Of a stretch of DNA of 64,000 bases, positions 47,791-57,377 are shown piece by piece. Location of the stretch: NCBI GenBank assembly GCA_032128875.1, contig JAVLKG010000009.1, forward strand, positions 128,001 to 192,000. Reading direction: 5' to 3'. The notes under the pieces are model-generated. The model did no database searches. It was not told the DNA's origin and saw only the letters and a list, made by a program, of their open reading frames with translations. This DNA is from Candidatus Melainabacteria bacterium 17Bon1m. Its GTDB lineage: Bacteria > Cyanobacteriota > Vampirovibrionia > Obscuribacterales > Obscuribacteraceae. How positions within the stretch are numbered: position 1 is the first letter of the stretch; each line of letters starts with the position of its first letter. A program made the translations under genes and the position numbers.

Positions 47791-49103
47791 ATATGGTCGC
47801 CGAAAGAAAACGTGATTCCGTTGACGACGACTTCCGAACCTTGCGATGCTCCAGCCTGCAGCAGAGCGTCGATGACTCCCATTGCTCGCAAGACATTAAA
47901 CATATGCGCCAGGGATTCCGGCTCCTTGAGGTTGGTGACCTCGACGATTTTCTCGGCGCGATGACCAGTGAGGAAGAAAACATTCTTCTTTCTCATGATC
48001 TCAAAAGAGTCATCCGGTCTTTCCGAGGCTGCTTCGTCACTGATTACGATCGATGGATCGACCACGGGCTCGGGCGATTTGAACTCTTCCAGTTTGCGGG
48101 TCAATATGGCAATCAACTCTCTTACGCCGATTTGTCCTTGCGCAGATATAAGATGAACGCCCTGAAGTCTTTCTTCCTTTCCTTTGTACTGTTTTTTGAG
48201 AAACTTCTCGACCCTTTGTTTAAGGGCTTCAGCTTCATCCGCATCCATAAGATCTATTTTGTTGAGTGCCACCAAACGCGGTAGCTCCTTCAATTTGTCG
48301 CTGAAGAGATCGAGTTCGTTGAGGATTGTTTTCATATCTTCTTCGATCGTCTCGGAGCTGCTGTCCACCATGTGTACGAGCACTCTTGTGCGTTCGATGT
48401 GGCGGAGAAAATCGTGTCCCAATCCCACGCCACTCGAAGCTCCTTCAACGAGCCCCGGAATATCGGCGACGACGAAGGCCTTTCCAGATTGATCGTATGC
48501 CACACCCAGATTGGGTTCTAAGGTCGTGAAAGGGTACGCCGCAATTTTCGGTTTGGCATTGGAGATGACTGATAAAAGTGTCGATTTGCCCGCGTTGGGC
48601 AGGCCAATCAAGCCGACATCGGCAAGCAATTTCAATTCCAGTTCAAGAAGTCTCTCGACCCCCCTTTCTCCCGGCTCGCAATAGTAAGGCGAACGCTTGG
48701 TGGGGGTGGCCATCATGCTGTTGCCCCGGCCGCCGCGCCCGCCCTCGGCAACAAGTGCCCTCTGACCGGGGGCTACCAGGTCGGCAATGACGTGCCCGTC
48801 ATTCCTGTCCCGGATAAGAGTACCGACTGGCACCCTGATGACGAGATCCTTGCCCTGTTTGCCGTGCTGGTTCTTGGTACGGCCTCGCTCGCCGTTCTCA
48901 GCCTCAAAAATCGCTTTGAAACGAAACTCTACGAGCGTAGTCAGGTCGTTTGTCGCCTCAATATAGACATGAGCCCCTCGCCCCCCATTGCCCCCGGCAG
49001 GACCCCCTAGAGGCTCGTATTTCTCTCGTCGCCAAGCGATGGCACCGTTGCCGCCGTCGCCGGAACGTACGCTGATTTGGACGTGATCTATAAATTGGCT
49101 CAT
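47787..49103 (-). CDS. obgE: GTPase Obg/CgtA with C-terminal OCT domain
   Basis: 'GDGGNG..WRREKY.P.GGP.GG.GG.G', 'GLPNAGKSTL', 'YPFTTLEP', 'DIPGLVEGA', 'NKID'. Confidence 0.97.
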   Translation of the reverse strand: MSQFIDHVQISVRSGDGGNGAIAWRREKYEPLGGPAGGNGGRGAHVYIEATNDLTTLVEFRFKAIFEAENGERGRTKNQHGKQGKDLVIRVPVGTLIRDRNDGHVIADLVAPGQRALVAEGGRGGRGNSMMATPTKRSPYYCEPGERGVERLLELELKLLADVGLIGLPNAGKSTLLSVISNAKPKIAAYPFTTLEPNLGVAYDQSGKAFVVADIPGLVEGASSGVGLGHDFLRHIERTRVLVHMVDSSSETIEEDMKTILNELDLFSDKLKELPRLVALNKIDLMDADEAEALKQRVEKFLKKQYKGKEERLQGVHLISAQGQIGVRELIAILTRKLEEFKSPEPVVDPSIVISDEAASERPDDSFEIMRKKNVFFLTGHRAEKIVEVTNLKEPESLAHMFNVLRAMGVIDALLQAGASQGSEVVVNGITFSFGDHM

Positions 49104-49136
49104 AAGTTGTAAGTATCAGTGACAGATAACCATTAG

Positions 49137-49210
49137 AGATCTTGACCTAAGATCTTGATCCTTATGATTATCAGATCTAGATCTTTTAAAGTAATAGATA
49201 TACTGAGATC
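49137..49210. promoter_or_regulatory. GATC/AGATCT cluster in the obgE/PC4 divergent intergenic region
   Basis: GATC at 49138, 49151, 49157, 49174, 49180 and 49207; four of them lie within AGATCT. Confidence 0.45.
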
Positions 49211-49332
49211 AGTTAAAGATTGTCTTTCAAGTGGCAGATTGAAGAAGGAAATAGACCCGTTTAGAGTCTTGAGTCGCCGATAAATCGGTTAAGAACAAAA
49301 CTCTCAGACTTAGTGGTGAGGAGGAACATCCA

Positions 49333-49800
49333 TTGGAAGAGCGTATCACTGTTCATGAAAAGGCTCGAGGCGAGACGATTAACGTCTACATCGGCGAGTA
49401 TCGCGGAACAAAATATCTTCACATCCGGGAATGGTATCTCGACAAAGATCAAGAAGAGAAGCCTACCAAAAAAGGTGTGGCACTACCGGTGGAGAAATGT
49501 GAAGCATTGAAAGATGCTATTTCGCAAATCGGTCCATCCGACGGATCTCTTGATGAGAGAGTTACAGTGCATGAAAAGGCTCGCGGTGAGTCGATCAACG
49601 TCTACGTTGGTGAATATCGCGGTACCCGATACCTGCATATTCGCGAGTGGTATCTCGATAAGGATCAAGAAGAAAAGCCGACCAAGAAGGGTGTTGCCAT
49701 TCCTATGGAAAAGGTGGACGCGCTTACCGATGCCATCGACCAATTGGTGCCGGCAGAGAAGGCTGAAAAAGCTGAGAAGCCAGAGAAGAAAAAGAAATAG
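49333..49800 (+). CDS. Tandem double PC4/p15 (YdbC-like) ssDNA-binding domain protein
   Basis: Two 72-aa repeats, each 'EYRG..YLHIREWY.DKD.EEKPTKKGV.(L/I)'; GAGGAGG RBS before TTG. Confidence 0.85.
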   Translation: MEERITVHEKARGETINVYIGEYRGTKYLHIREWYLDKDQEEKPTKKGVALPVEKCEALKDAISQIGPSDGSLDERVTVHEKARGESINVYVGEYRGTRYLHIREWYLDKDQEEKPTKKGVAIPMEKVDALTDAIDQLVPAEKAEKAEKPEKKKK

Positions 49801-49832
49801 TTCGACTCAGCTCTTCTAGGAATCCCCTCAAC

Positions 49833-50717
49833 TTGACCAATTCGCTAAAACCGAATTTAGTCTTGCGCCGATTGTATGGGATAGGTCTATCCCTGGCAGT
49901 CTCGCTGTCCGCAATTACAGCTGCCGATTGCGCCGAGCTTTCGCTATCTTCCTCCTCTGCGAAGCAAGGGCAACCGATAGAAGTTATCTACAAGACAGAG
50001 ACGGCTGAGGATTCACCGACTTTCACGTTCGCGCGACAGACTTATAAATTGTTTCCATCTCCTGGCGCTGAAGGCGGAGGAGATGGACAACATATATACA
50101 AAGCTATTTTGGCGCCTTCTCTCGAACTCGACCCCGGCGTCTATACACTCAAGAACGACAATGCCTCGACGAAGCTGAAAGTATTGGACGGCAAGTTTCA
50201 GATGCGCTATTTGACTCTGCCGAAGTCAAAAGACAATTTCAATACATCGCCGGGGGAGGAAGAAGCGGTCAATGCCGCGAAAGAGACTTGCTCTCCACAG
50301 CGATTTTGGACTGCCGATTTCACCCGCCCCTCAAAGGCTAGAACCTCGACCCCCTTTGGTGTTCGGCGGACGGTGAATGGCAAATTTCTCAAAGATTATT
50401 TCCATTCCGGGCTGGATTTTGCCGGCGGATTGGGGTCACCTGTAGTGGCATGTGCTCCTGGCGTAGTGGTATTGGCTAGGACTGGTTTTAAACTTCACGG
50501 TAATTGTGTTGCTATAGATCATGGTCAGGGTATCGTGTCGTTCTACATTCACCTGCAAAAACTGCATGTGACCAAAGGACAACAAGTAAAAGCCGGAGAA
50601 TTGATTGGAAGAATCGGTCAGACCGGTCGTGCAAACGGTCCTCACCTGCATTTCAGCATCTATTGCAATAAGGCTGCGAGCAATCCGAGCAACTGGTTCA
50701 CAAACGCTATTAAATAG
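49833..50717 (+). CDS. M23 family metallopeptidase, exported
   Basis: 'HSGLD', 'GNCVAIDHG', 'YIHL', 'GPHLHF'; signal peptide. Confidence 0.92.
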   Translation: MTNSLKPNLVLRRLYGIGLSLAVSLSAITAADCAELSLSSSSAKQGQPIEVIYKTETAEDSPTFTFARQTYKLFPSPGAEGGGDGQHIYKAILAPSLELDPGVYTLKNDNASTKLKVLDGKFQMRYLTLPKSKDNFNTSPGEEEAVNAAKETCSPQRFWTADFTRPSKARTSTPFGVRRTVNGKFLKDYFHSGLDFAGGLGSPVVACAPGVVVLARTGFKLHGNCVAIDHGQGIVSFYIHLQKLHVTKGQQVKAGELIGRIGQTGRANGPHLHFSIYCNKAASNPSNWFTNAIK

Positions 50718-50764
50718 GTTGGGGAAGTTTCATTTCGATGAAACATAATCAACTGTTTTGGACG

Positions 50765-50789
50765 AGGCATCACCGGTGATGCCTTTTTT
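50765..50789 (+). terminator. Terminator-like perfect palindrome with T tract
   Basis: AGGCATCACC|GGTGATGCCT followed by TTTTT. Confidence 0.7.
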
Positions 50790-50870
50790 ATTCCGGCTTT
50801 TCGCCTTGGGCATGATGTGAGTGGTGTGGCACCACTAGAACTCATATGGAAATGAAACATAATCACATAT

Positions 50871-50898
50871 AAAAGAGCCGCCCAGAAGGCGGCTCTTT
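50871..50898 (-). terminator. Rho-independent terminator of yggS-sepF
   Basis: AAAGAGCCGCC-CAGAA-GGCGGCTCTTT. Confidence 0.75.
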
Positions 50899-50926
50899 AC
50901 TGATTCCTGGGATGTCTATCGATTGC

Positions 50927-51439
50927 CTAGATGGTTGTTGCTTTGTTCCAGAATGCATCCTTAATCGCCTTTGAGGAGGTCGATTCGGATTGGATTACCA
51001 CCGAGGATGGTGCGAACAAGAACACGCCTTCGCCGATACGTTGTTGGTGACCGTCGATTGCGTGGCAAGCGCCGGAGAGGAAATCGACTACACGCTGGCT
51101 GTTTTCGTTGTCCAGCATGTGCAAGTTGAGCAACACGGATTTGCGTCCGCGGAGATGCTCAACAATGTCGATAGACTCTTCAAATTGACGCGGCTCGATA
51201 ACCAACACTTCGCTGGCTGCTTGAGCGCTTGGGTGCGTCACGACTTGACTGCCGTAATTGTTTGAAGGCTGTCTGACCGAAGGCGGCTTTACAGCATCCA
51301 TCGGCGCCTTATCCAATGCCAGCTGTCCGTTGGTGGCATAAACTTCGTCAGTAGTGTCGAACAAATCTTCGAAATCTTCTCTGTCGTAGTTGTCTGCCGG
51401 ACCGAACCAAAAACTTTTTAGCTTTGTAACTATGCTCAC
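50927..51439 (-). CDS. sepF: Cell division protein SepF
   Basis: 'EVLVIEPRQFEE', 'SVLLNL', 'QRVVDFLSGA..AIDG', 'VFLFAP'. GTG 51439 follows AAGGAGG. Confidence 0.93.
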   Translation of the reverse strand: MSIVTKLKSFWFGPADNYDREDFEDLFDTTDEVYATNGQLALDKAPMDAVKPPSVRQPSNNYGSQVVTHPSAQAASEVLVIEPRQFEESIDIVEHLRGRKSVLLNLHMLDNENSQRVVDFLSGACHAIDGHQQRIGEGVFLFAPSSVVIQSESTSSKAIKDAFWNKATTI

Positions 51440-51513
51440 TGCGTCCCTCCTTACCCTCTCGCCGAAATAACTTTGCTTTCCTTCCCTTATCCGAAATCCG
51501 CTTGTAGCGGGGA

Positions 51514-52191
51514 TCAAACTTGAAATATTGCTCTGCCGAGTCGGACCATCGTCGATCCTGCTTCTACGGCTTCCAGCCAGTCCGCTGACATACCCATCGA
51601 AAGTTCTTTCAGTTCGAGTGAGTGTTTTTGCGCCAGCTCGTCACGAAGATTTCTAAGTCCGTTGAAGCATTCAAACCATGTATCGCGATCTTCGATCAAG
51701 GGCGAGATGGTCATCAGTCCTTCGATTTTGATGTTGCTCAGCTTAAGCAAATCAGCCATCTCTTTCTTCAACGTCTCTGGGGTGTAACCAGATTTAGTAT
51801 CATCAGTAAGTATCTTAACTTGAATTAGTACTGATTGCACCATATTTTTTTTGCTAGCTTCCAAAGAAATTTCAGAAGCTAATCGAAGCGAATCGACCGA
51901 GTGGATAAGCTGGAAATATCCAACTGCCTTCTTCACCTTGTTGGTCTGCAGATGACCGATAAAATGCCAATTGCAATTGGCGGCAATGCGCTCCGGCAAT
52001 TTTGTGCGCCGATCGATTGCATCCTGGATCCTGTTTTCACCAAATTCGGTGACACCATTCTCGAATGCTTCTTCGATTTGTGTAAGCGAAGCGCTTTTCG
52101 CTACTGCGATTAGGGTGACTTTGTTGCCGCCCATTGCACCTCGGATACGAGCTAGGTTGCTAGCCACACTCATGCCTTCCTGGAGAAGCAA
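51514..52191 (-). CDS. yggS: PLP homeostasis protein YggS/PipY
   Basis: 'LIAVAK', 'FGENRIQD', 'WHFIGHLQTNKVK', 'LSMGMS.D', 'GSTMVRLG'. Start at 52191 or 52173. Confidence 0.95.
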   Translation of the reverse strand: MLLQEGMSVASNLARIRGAMGGNKVTLIAVAKSASLTQIEEAFENGVTEFGENRIQDAIDRRTKLPERIAANCNWHFIGHLQTNKVKKAVGYFQLIHSVDSLRLASEISLEASKKNMVQSVLIQVKILTDDTKSGYTPETLKKEMADLLKLSNIKIEGLMTISPLIEDRDTWFECFNGLRNLRDELAQKHSLELKELSMGMSADWLEAVEAGSTMVRLGRAIFQV

Positions 52192-52511
52192 AGCGATTTG
52201 CGTAAACCCACTCTGCTCTGCTTAAACTGACATTTAAAAACGCCTACTATTAAGCCTCGCAACACACCGCTTTGTCAAGTCAAACAGCGAATTTTTCTGG
52301 AAATTCTGCTCATCGTAAACGAGTGTTTTGATACCACAGAAGCACCATTTTCAAGTTGACGTTCGTAGCCGAAAACCCTTTATTTGCAAGCGTTTTCACA
52401 AAAAGATATAGCGAATGCATTGCTGATGTATATGCGCTTGTTGGTAGTATCTCCAGTGGTGCGCATTATGGGTGGTATCACTGGTATGTTTTGGCTGCTA
52501 TCCAATTGCTT

Positions 52512-53330
52512 TTAGATCTCTTTTAGATCGCGCATAGCGCTAACAATGGCAGCAGCAGCAACTGCCGCAGTCTCCGATCTCAAAATCAATTTTCCGAGAG
52601 ATGCGAAGGTTAGACTTGTTTCAGCTGCGCGCAAAAGCTCGGCATCAGTAAATCCGCCTTCCGGTCCAAAGCAGAGCGATATTTTTTTCGCCAATCCACG
52701 AGCTGCTTTCTCCTTGGAAAGGTGCATGGACAGATGGGGGCATTCGTTGCGTTCTGCAAATATGTATCGCAGATCTTCTGTGCCACTTTCTGAATCTTTT
52801 GCAAGAAGAATGTCGTTCAAGTAGTCGTTGAAATTTTGCGGTGCAACCACCTTTGGTATCGCGAATCTTTCTGATTGCTCGGCCGCTTCTCTGACGATTG
52901 ACTCCCAACGCTCTTTCTTGACATTGCGATTCTTGCCGTCTTTCTTCTTGCCATCTTCAGCGTCGGGTTTTTGAACGGTTCGCTGTGTAACGAGTGGAAT
53001 GATGGTCGTGGCGCCCAATTCAGTAAGTTTTTCCAAGGCCCATTCGAAACGAGAAGGTTTGATAAGCGGCATGGCAACCGTCAACTCGCTTGCTTCTTCA
53101 AGGCTTTGCGACTCTTTACGCTCGATGAAAAGGGCTACGCTATCGCGATTCTGGTTTTCAATACGGCAATGAAACAAATCTCCCTTGCCGTTAAGCAAGA
53201 TTACCGGTGCTCCAATGCCCAGCCTGAGCACTCTTGCGATTTGATGGACCACCTTGGGATCGTCTATTAGGGCGCCCGAGGAGTTCTCGTTGTATGACTC
53301 TGAGTCTATGAAAAACCTAGGTATCTGCAT
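52512..53330 (-). CDS. rsmE: 16S rRNA m3U1498 methyltransferase
   Basis: 'HQIARVLRL', 'EKLTELG', 'EAAEQS.R', 'GPEGGF', 'LG..ILRSETA'. Confidence 0.95.
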   Translation of the reverse strand: MQIPRFFIDSESYNENSSGALIDDPKVVHQIARVLRLGIGAPVILLNGKGDLFHCRIENQNRDSVALFIERKESQSLEEASELTVAMPLIKPSRFEWALEKLTELGATTIIPLVTQRTVQKPDAEDGKKKDGKNRNVKKERWESIVREAAEQSERFAIPKVVAPQNFNDYLNDILLAKDSESGTEDLRYIFAERNECPHLSMHLSKEKAARGLAKKISLCFGPEGGFTDAELLRAAETSLTFASLGKLILRSETAAVAAAAIVSAMRDLKEI

Positions 53331-53455
53331 CTATTTGATATAATCACTGCCTGCTTGCATAGCATAAGCCCTAGACGACCCGCTGGGTAGTTTTCAGGGG
53401 GATATGCCCGCGCAAGACCTGGCGTTGGCACTAAAGTCAAACTGGATTCAGCTGC

Positions 53456-54367
53456 ATGGACTTGAAAGAATGGTTTGCGTCGCGTAAGAAGCAACGTGAA
53501 GCCGAAGAAGTCAAATTACCGCTCGCAACAGACGAATATTGCGCTCTCTGGACGCAATGTTTTCAGTGCCGCGAGCTTTTGTATACCAGTCAATTGCGCC
53601 AAAACCTGCAAGTCTGCCCGAAGTGCCAGTATCACTTCCGCATCGGTGCCATGCAGCGTATCGAGCAACTCGTCGATCATGGCTCATTCCAAGAGATCGA
53701 TGCCCATTTGGAATCAGCCGATCCGCTTAAATTTGTCGATACCGATTCTTATGTAAAACGTCAGAAAGAAGCCTCTCACAAGTCTGGTTTGAGAGAAGCC
53801 GTCATCACTGGTGAAGGCACTATCGATGGTGAGAGAGCTTGTTTAGGCGTGATGGACTTTGGTCACTTTGGCGGTTCCATGGGGTCTGTCGTTGGCGAAA
53901 AGGTAGCACGCATCACCGAATACGCCACCGAAAAGAATCTGCCTTTGATTCTTGTTTCGTCCTCCGGCGGTGCTCGCATGCAAGAAGGCATCTTCTCTCT
54001 CATGCAATTGGCCAAGACCAGCTCTGCTCTGAAGAGCTTTGCTGATGCCGGTTTGCTCTACATCTCGATTTTGTCTGAACCTACATATGGTGGCGTCACC
54101 GCCAGCTTTGCTATGTTGGGCGACATTCAAATTGCTGAGCCCGGTGCACGTATCGGCTTTGCCGGCAGACGCGTAATTGAGCAAACTATCAGGCAGAAAT
54201 TGCCGGCCGACTTCCAAACCGCTGAGTATTTGCTCAAGCATGGACAAGTAGACATGGTTGTCGAACGCAGTAAGCTGAAGGAAAAACTCGCCTACCTAAT
54301 TAAGTTTCACACCAGTGCTAAAAAGCCGCAAACTGCTCCGCAGAAACAGAAAGCGGTGACGAGATAG
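53456..54367 (+). CDS. accD: Acetyl-CoA carboxylase carboxyltransferase beta
   Basis: Zn finger 'CFQC..CPKC', 'GGSMGSVVGEK', 'SGGARMQEG', 'FAGRRVIEQT'. Confidence 0.97.
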   Translation: MDLKEWFASRKKQREAEEVKLPLATDEYCALWTQCFQCRELLYTSQLRQNLQVCPKCQYHFRIGAMQRIEQLVDHGSFQEIDAHLESADPLKFVDTDSYVKRQKEASHKSGLREAVITGEGTIDGERACLGVMDFGHFGGSMGSVVGEKVARITEYATEKNLPLILVSSSGGARMQEGIFSLMQLAKTSSALKSFADAGLLYISILSEPTYGGVTASFAMLGDIQIAEPGARIGFAGRRVIEQTIRQKLPADFQTAEYLLKHGQVDMVVERSKLKEKLAYLIKFHTSAKKPQTAPQKQKAVTR

Positions 54368-54436
54368 TCGCTTAGACGCTCTCAGAAGTTTTGAAACTCT
54401 AAAAGAAAGCTATCAAATAAATAGTAGAGGTGTAAG

Positions 54437-55408
54437 TTGACTGACAAGAAAGCGATTCCCCTGGAATTTGAAAAGCCCCTGGAATTGCTGGCACAGCAAA
54501 TCGAGGCTCTGCAAAAGCAGCTTGTCGACCATCCGGAGCTGGAAAGCGACATCAATCATCTGAAGAAGCAGTACGACAATCTGCGTCGGTCTCTCTATTC
54601 GAATTTGAGCGCCAGCGATCACCTGGCTATTGCGCGCCATCCTCAAAGACCTTATACAAGGGATTACTTCAGCCGCTGGGATCCCAACTGGATGGAATTG
54701 CACGGCGACCGCAAGGGTATGGACGATCCTGCGATGGTGACCGGACTTTTGCACCTCGGCGATATCAAAGTGATTGCCGTCGGTACAGAGAAGGGCCGCT
54801 CGCTTCGAGACAAGCAGCAATGCAATTTCGGGATGCCGCAACCGGAAGGTTATAGAAAAGCTCTGCGCTTGTTCAAACACGCCGAGAAATTCGGACTGCC
54901 TGTGGTGACTCTAATTGACACGCCAGGCGCTTATCCAGGCATGGCTGCGGAAGAACACAACCAAGCCGAAGCAATCGCCGTCAACTTGTTCGAATTATCT
55001 GGGCTGAAAGTGCCGGTAATCGCTATCGTCACCGGCGAAGGCGGTTCGGGCGGAGCGCTCGCCGTTGGCGTCGCCAACCGCATTTTGATGATGGAACACT
55101 CTGTCTACTCGGTAATTTCGCCTGAAGGATGCGCATCTATCTTATGGCGCTCGGCCGACAAGCGCGATGATGCAGCTAAAGCGATGAAGATCACCGCCAG
55201 AGAAATTCTTGACCTGGGGGTCATCGACGAAGTGATCGAAGAGCCGCTTGGTGGCGCACACCACGACTATGATTTAGCTGCAGCCAACGCCAAGAAAGCT
55301 GTGATCAAACAGCTGGAGAAATTGCTGTCGCTGTCGGGTGACGCTGTTCGTGCCGACCGCCAGAAGAAATTCCGCGACATGGGCACCTTCCACGAAGCGA
55401 CAGCTTAG
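54437..55408 (+). CDS. accA: Acetyl-CoA carboxylase carboxyltransferase alpha
   Basis: 'LEFEKPL', 'ARHPQRP', 'ELHGDR', 'DTPGAYPG', 'GEGGSGGAL', 'VISPEGCA'. Confidence 0.97.
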   Translation: MTDKKAIPLEFEKPLELLAQQIEALQKQLVDHPELESDINHLKKQYDNLRRSLYSNLSASDHLAIARHPQRPYTRDYFSRWDPNWMELHGDRKGMDDPAMVTGLLHLGDIKVIAVGTEKGRSLRDKQQCNFGMPQPEGYRKALRLFKHAEKFGLPVVTLIDTPGAYPGMAAEEHNQAEAIAVNLFELSGLKVPVIAIVTGEGGSGGALAVGVANRILMMEHSVYSVISPEGCASILWRSADKRDDAAKAMKITAREILDLGVIDEVIEEPLGGAHHDYDLAAANAKKAVIKQLEKLLSLSGDAVRADRQKKFRDMGTFHEATA

Positions 55409-55422
55409 GGCGTGTTTTATCC

Positions 55423-55442
55423 GGGAAGCTTCTCAGCTTCCC
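55423..55442. terminator. Hairpin between convergent accA and kinase genes
   Basis: GGGAAGCT-TCTC-AGCTTCCC. Confidence 0.55.
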
Positions 55443-55458
55443 TACGAGGCAGACTTAG

Positions 55459-57159
55459 CTACTTTTTTTTTACGCTGTCGTTTTGAGCGCGTCTGTACTG
55501 CTTCAATAATTTCTTGATCTCTTTGGCATCAGCCGTTTTCGGCGGAATTTTGTTGAGCATGGAGATCGCTTCTGAAAAGCGATCGTCGCCTGCGTATGCC
55601 TTCGCGATCTTCAAATAGAGACCATTGATCTTATCCATCTGCGCCTTAGGCAATTTGCCTTTGGAGTCCTTCTTGATGAATTCGATGATTGGAATTGCTT
55701 CGTCTTCTTTGCCGTTTTTGATCAGGTTTTCCGCATCCGCAATTGTTTGCGGCTTGCGAACCGGTGTTACCTTGCTGCTCATCGCACCATTTGCGTAGAA
55801 CATTGCCACCGTCACTAAAACAAGACCAAGCAAAACAGGTACGCCGATGCGCAAGACTCCGCCGATATCGAAGCCCATGCCTTTGGGTGCATTCTTATAT
55901 ACGGCTTGTGATGAGTGTTTTGGTGCTGAATGTTTGGGCGCAGTTTGTCTTTGCTGCGCGGAAGTTGTTTTAAGTTGTGCCGCACTCAATTCCGTATATT
56001 CGCCCGATGCGCGTTGTTGCAATTCTTCCAACGCGCGCGTCGCCAAATCTTTGGTATTCGGCTTGGGCTGAATGAATTCGCGACTGTCTTTGTCTACTTC
56101 TTGTGTCTTGTGGCGTGCCACTGTTCCACCGATGTCTTCGCTGGCGGCAAGCGGACCAGGTTGAAGCACCGGCAGTGGTTGCGAAACCGCAAGCGGATTT
56201 GCCGCTGGTTGTTTTGCCGCTTCAGTTATTGCTGATGCGAGGTCGTCCATATCCTGGAAGCGATCATCTGGATTCTTCGATAATGCTTTGGAGACAACAC
56301 GTTCCAACATCTCCGGAAACTGCAAATCCGGTCGCACTTTATTAATAGGTGTCGGCGGGTCGGTCAAATGCATCGCCATGACTTTCGCCAATTCGTCCGA
56401 CATAAAAGGAACCGTGCCGGTCAAAGTTTCATAAATAACGATGCCGACTGAATAGATGTCGCTTCTGTGGTCGACTTTACTGGACGTGCACTGCTCGGGG
56501 CTCATGTAAGTCGGGCTTCCGCAGACCGTTCCAGTGCGCGTGATTTTGGCGACGTCGGATTCTTCCTGTACCAATCGAGCAATACCGAAGTCCACAACTA
56601 TAGGGAACATCTTCTGCCCGCTGCGTTCAACAAGTACGATGTTTTCCGGCTTGACGTCACGGTGAACAACGCCCTGTCTATGCGCTTCTGCAAGTGCCGC
56701 GCAGACTTGCGACAAAATAGGAATCCCTTCTTCCATAGGCAAATAGCCGCGATCGGCAATCATCTCAGAAAGAGGCGTGCCTCGCAGCAAGTCCATCGCG
56801 ATGTACGGGCGCCCGGTTTTGGGCAGAACGCCGAAGTCGTAGATGGTGATGATATTGGGGTGGCTGAGTCGGCTGGACGCTTTTGCTTCCTGCCTGAAGC
56901 GCTTGATAAATTCCTCGTCGGATACCAGGTAATCGTGAAGTACCTTGATAGCTACTTCGCGTCCGATAAGTTCTTGGATCGCCTTATAGACCGTACCAGC
57001 CGAACCTTGTCCGATTACGGACTCAATGCGATACCGACCTTCGACAACCAGACCCAAAAGCGGATCTTCGCCGACGGTGACCATAGACGAGCCATCGCGC
57101 GGGCAAATATCTTGACCGTCGGTTGCTGTCTGGAAATTGCAGATCAGACAAAGCTTCAT
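55459..57159 (-). CDS. Ser/Thr protein kinase: zinc ribbon, kinase, TM, short TPR-like C-terminus
   Basis: 'CLIC..CPRDG', 'IGQGSAGTVY', 'HRDVKPEN', 'DFGIAR', 'GSPTYMSPEQ'. Confidence 0.93.
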   Translation of the reverse strand: MKLCLICNFQTATDGQDICPRDGSSMVTVGEDPLLGLVVEGRYRIESVIGQGSAGTVYKAIQELIGREVAIKVLHDYLVSDEEFIKRFRQEAKASSRLSHPNIITIYDFGVLPKTGRPYIAMDLLRGTPLSEMIADRGYLPMEEGIPILSQVCAALAEAHRQGVVHRDVKPENIVLVERSGQKMFPIVVDFGIARLVQEESDVAKITRTGTVCGSPTYMSPEQCTSSKVDHRSDIYSVGIVIYETLTGTVPFMSDELAKVMAMHLTDPPTPINKVRPDLQFPEMLERVVSKALSKNPDDRFQDMDDLASAITEAAKQPAANPLAVSQPLPVLQPGPLAASEDIGGTVARHKTQEVDKDSREFIQPKPNTKDLATRALEELQQRASGEYTELSAAQLKTTSAQQRQTAPKHSAPKHSSQAVYKNAPKGMGFDIGGVLRIGVPVLLGLVLVTVAMFYANGAMSSKVTPVRKPQTIADAENLIKNGKEDEAIPIIEFIKKDSKGKLPKAQMDKINGLYLKIAKAYAGDDRFSEAISMLNKIPPKTADAKEIKKLLKQYRRAQNDSVKKK

Positions 57160-57377
57160 GCTTAGGTCCGAAAGGGGATGCCGGGTTTGGGGGTGCCATG
57201 GTAAATGGGCGCGGGCGCCAAATTGCTGGGCACAAGGGACAAAGCCCTTATATTACTTTTAATTACCACAGATACATGGTCACAAACCTAATATCCCAAT
57301 TCGTCTTAATATCATGACTTGTCTTTTCTGATTATCAGAAGGCGCGAATATGTCGCGCGCGTTTTACTAGCAATGAA

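Noticed and set aside
49104-49332. Definitive oriC call
   Set aside because: No canonical DnaA boxes and no dnaA/dnaN/gidA neighbours; kept only as a low-confidence finding.
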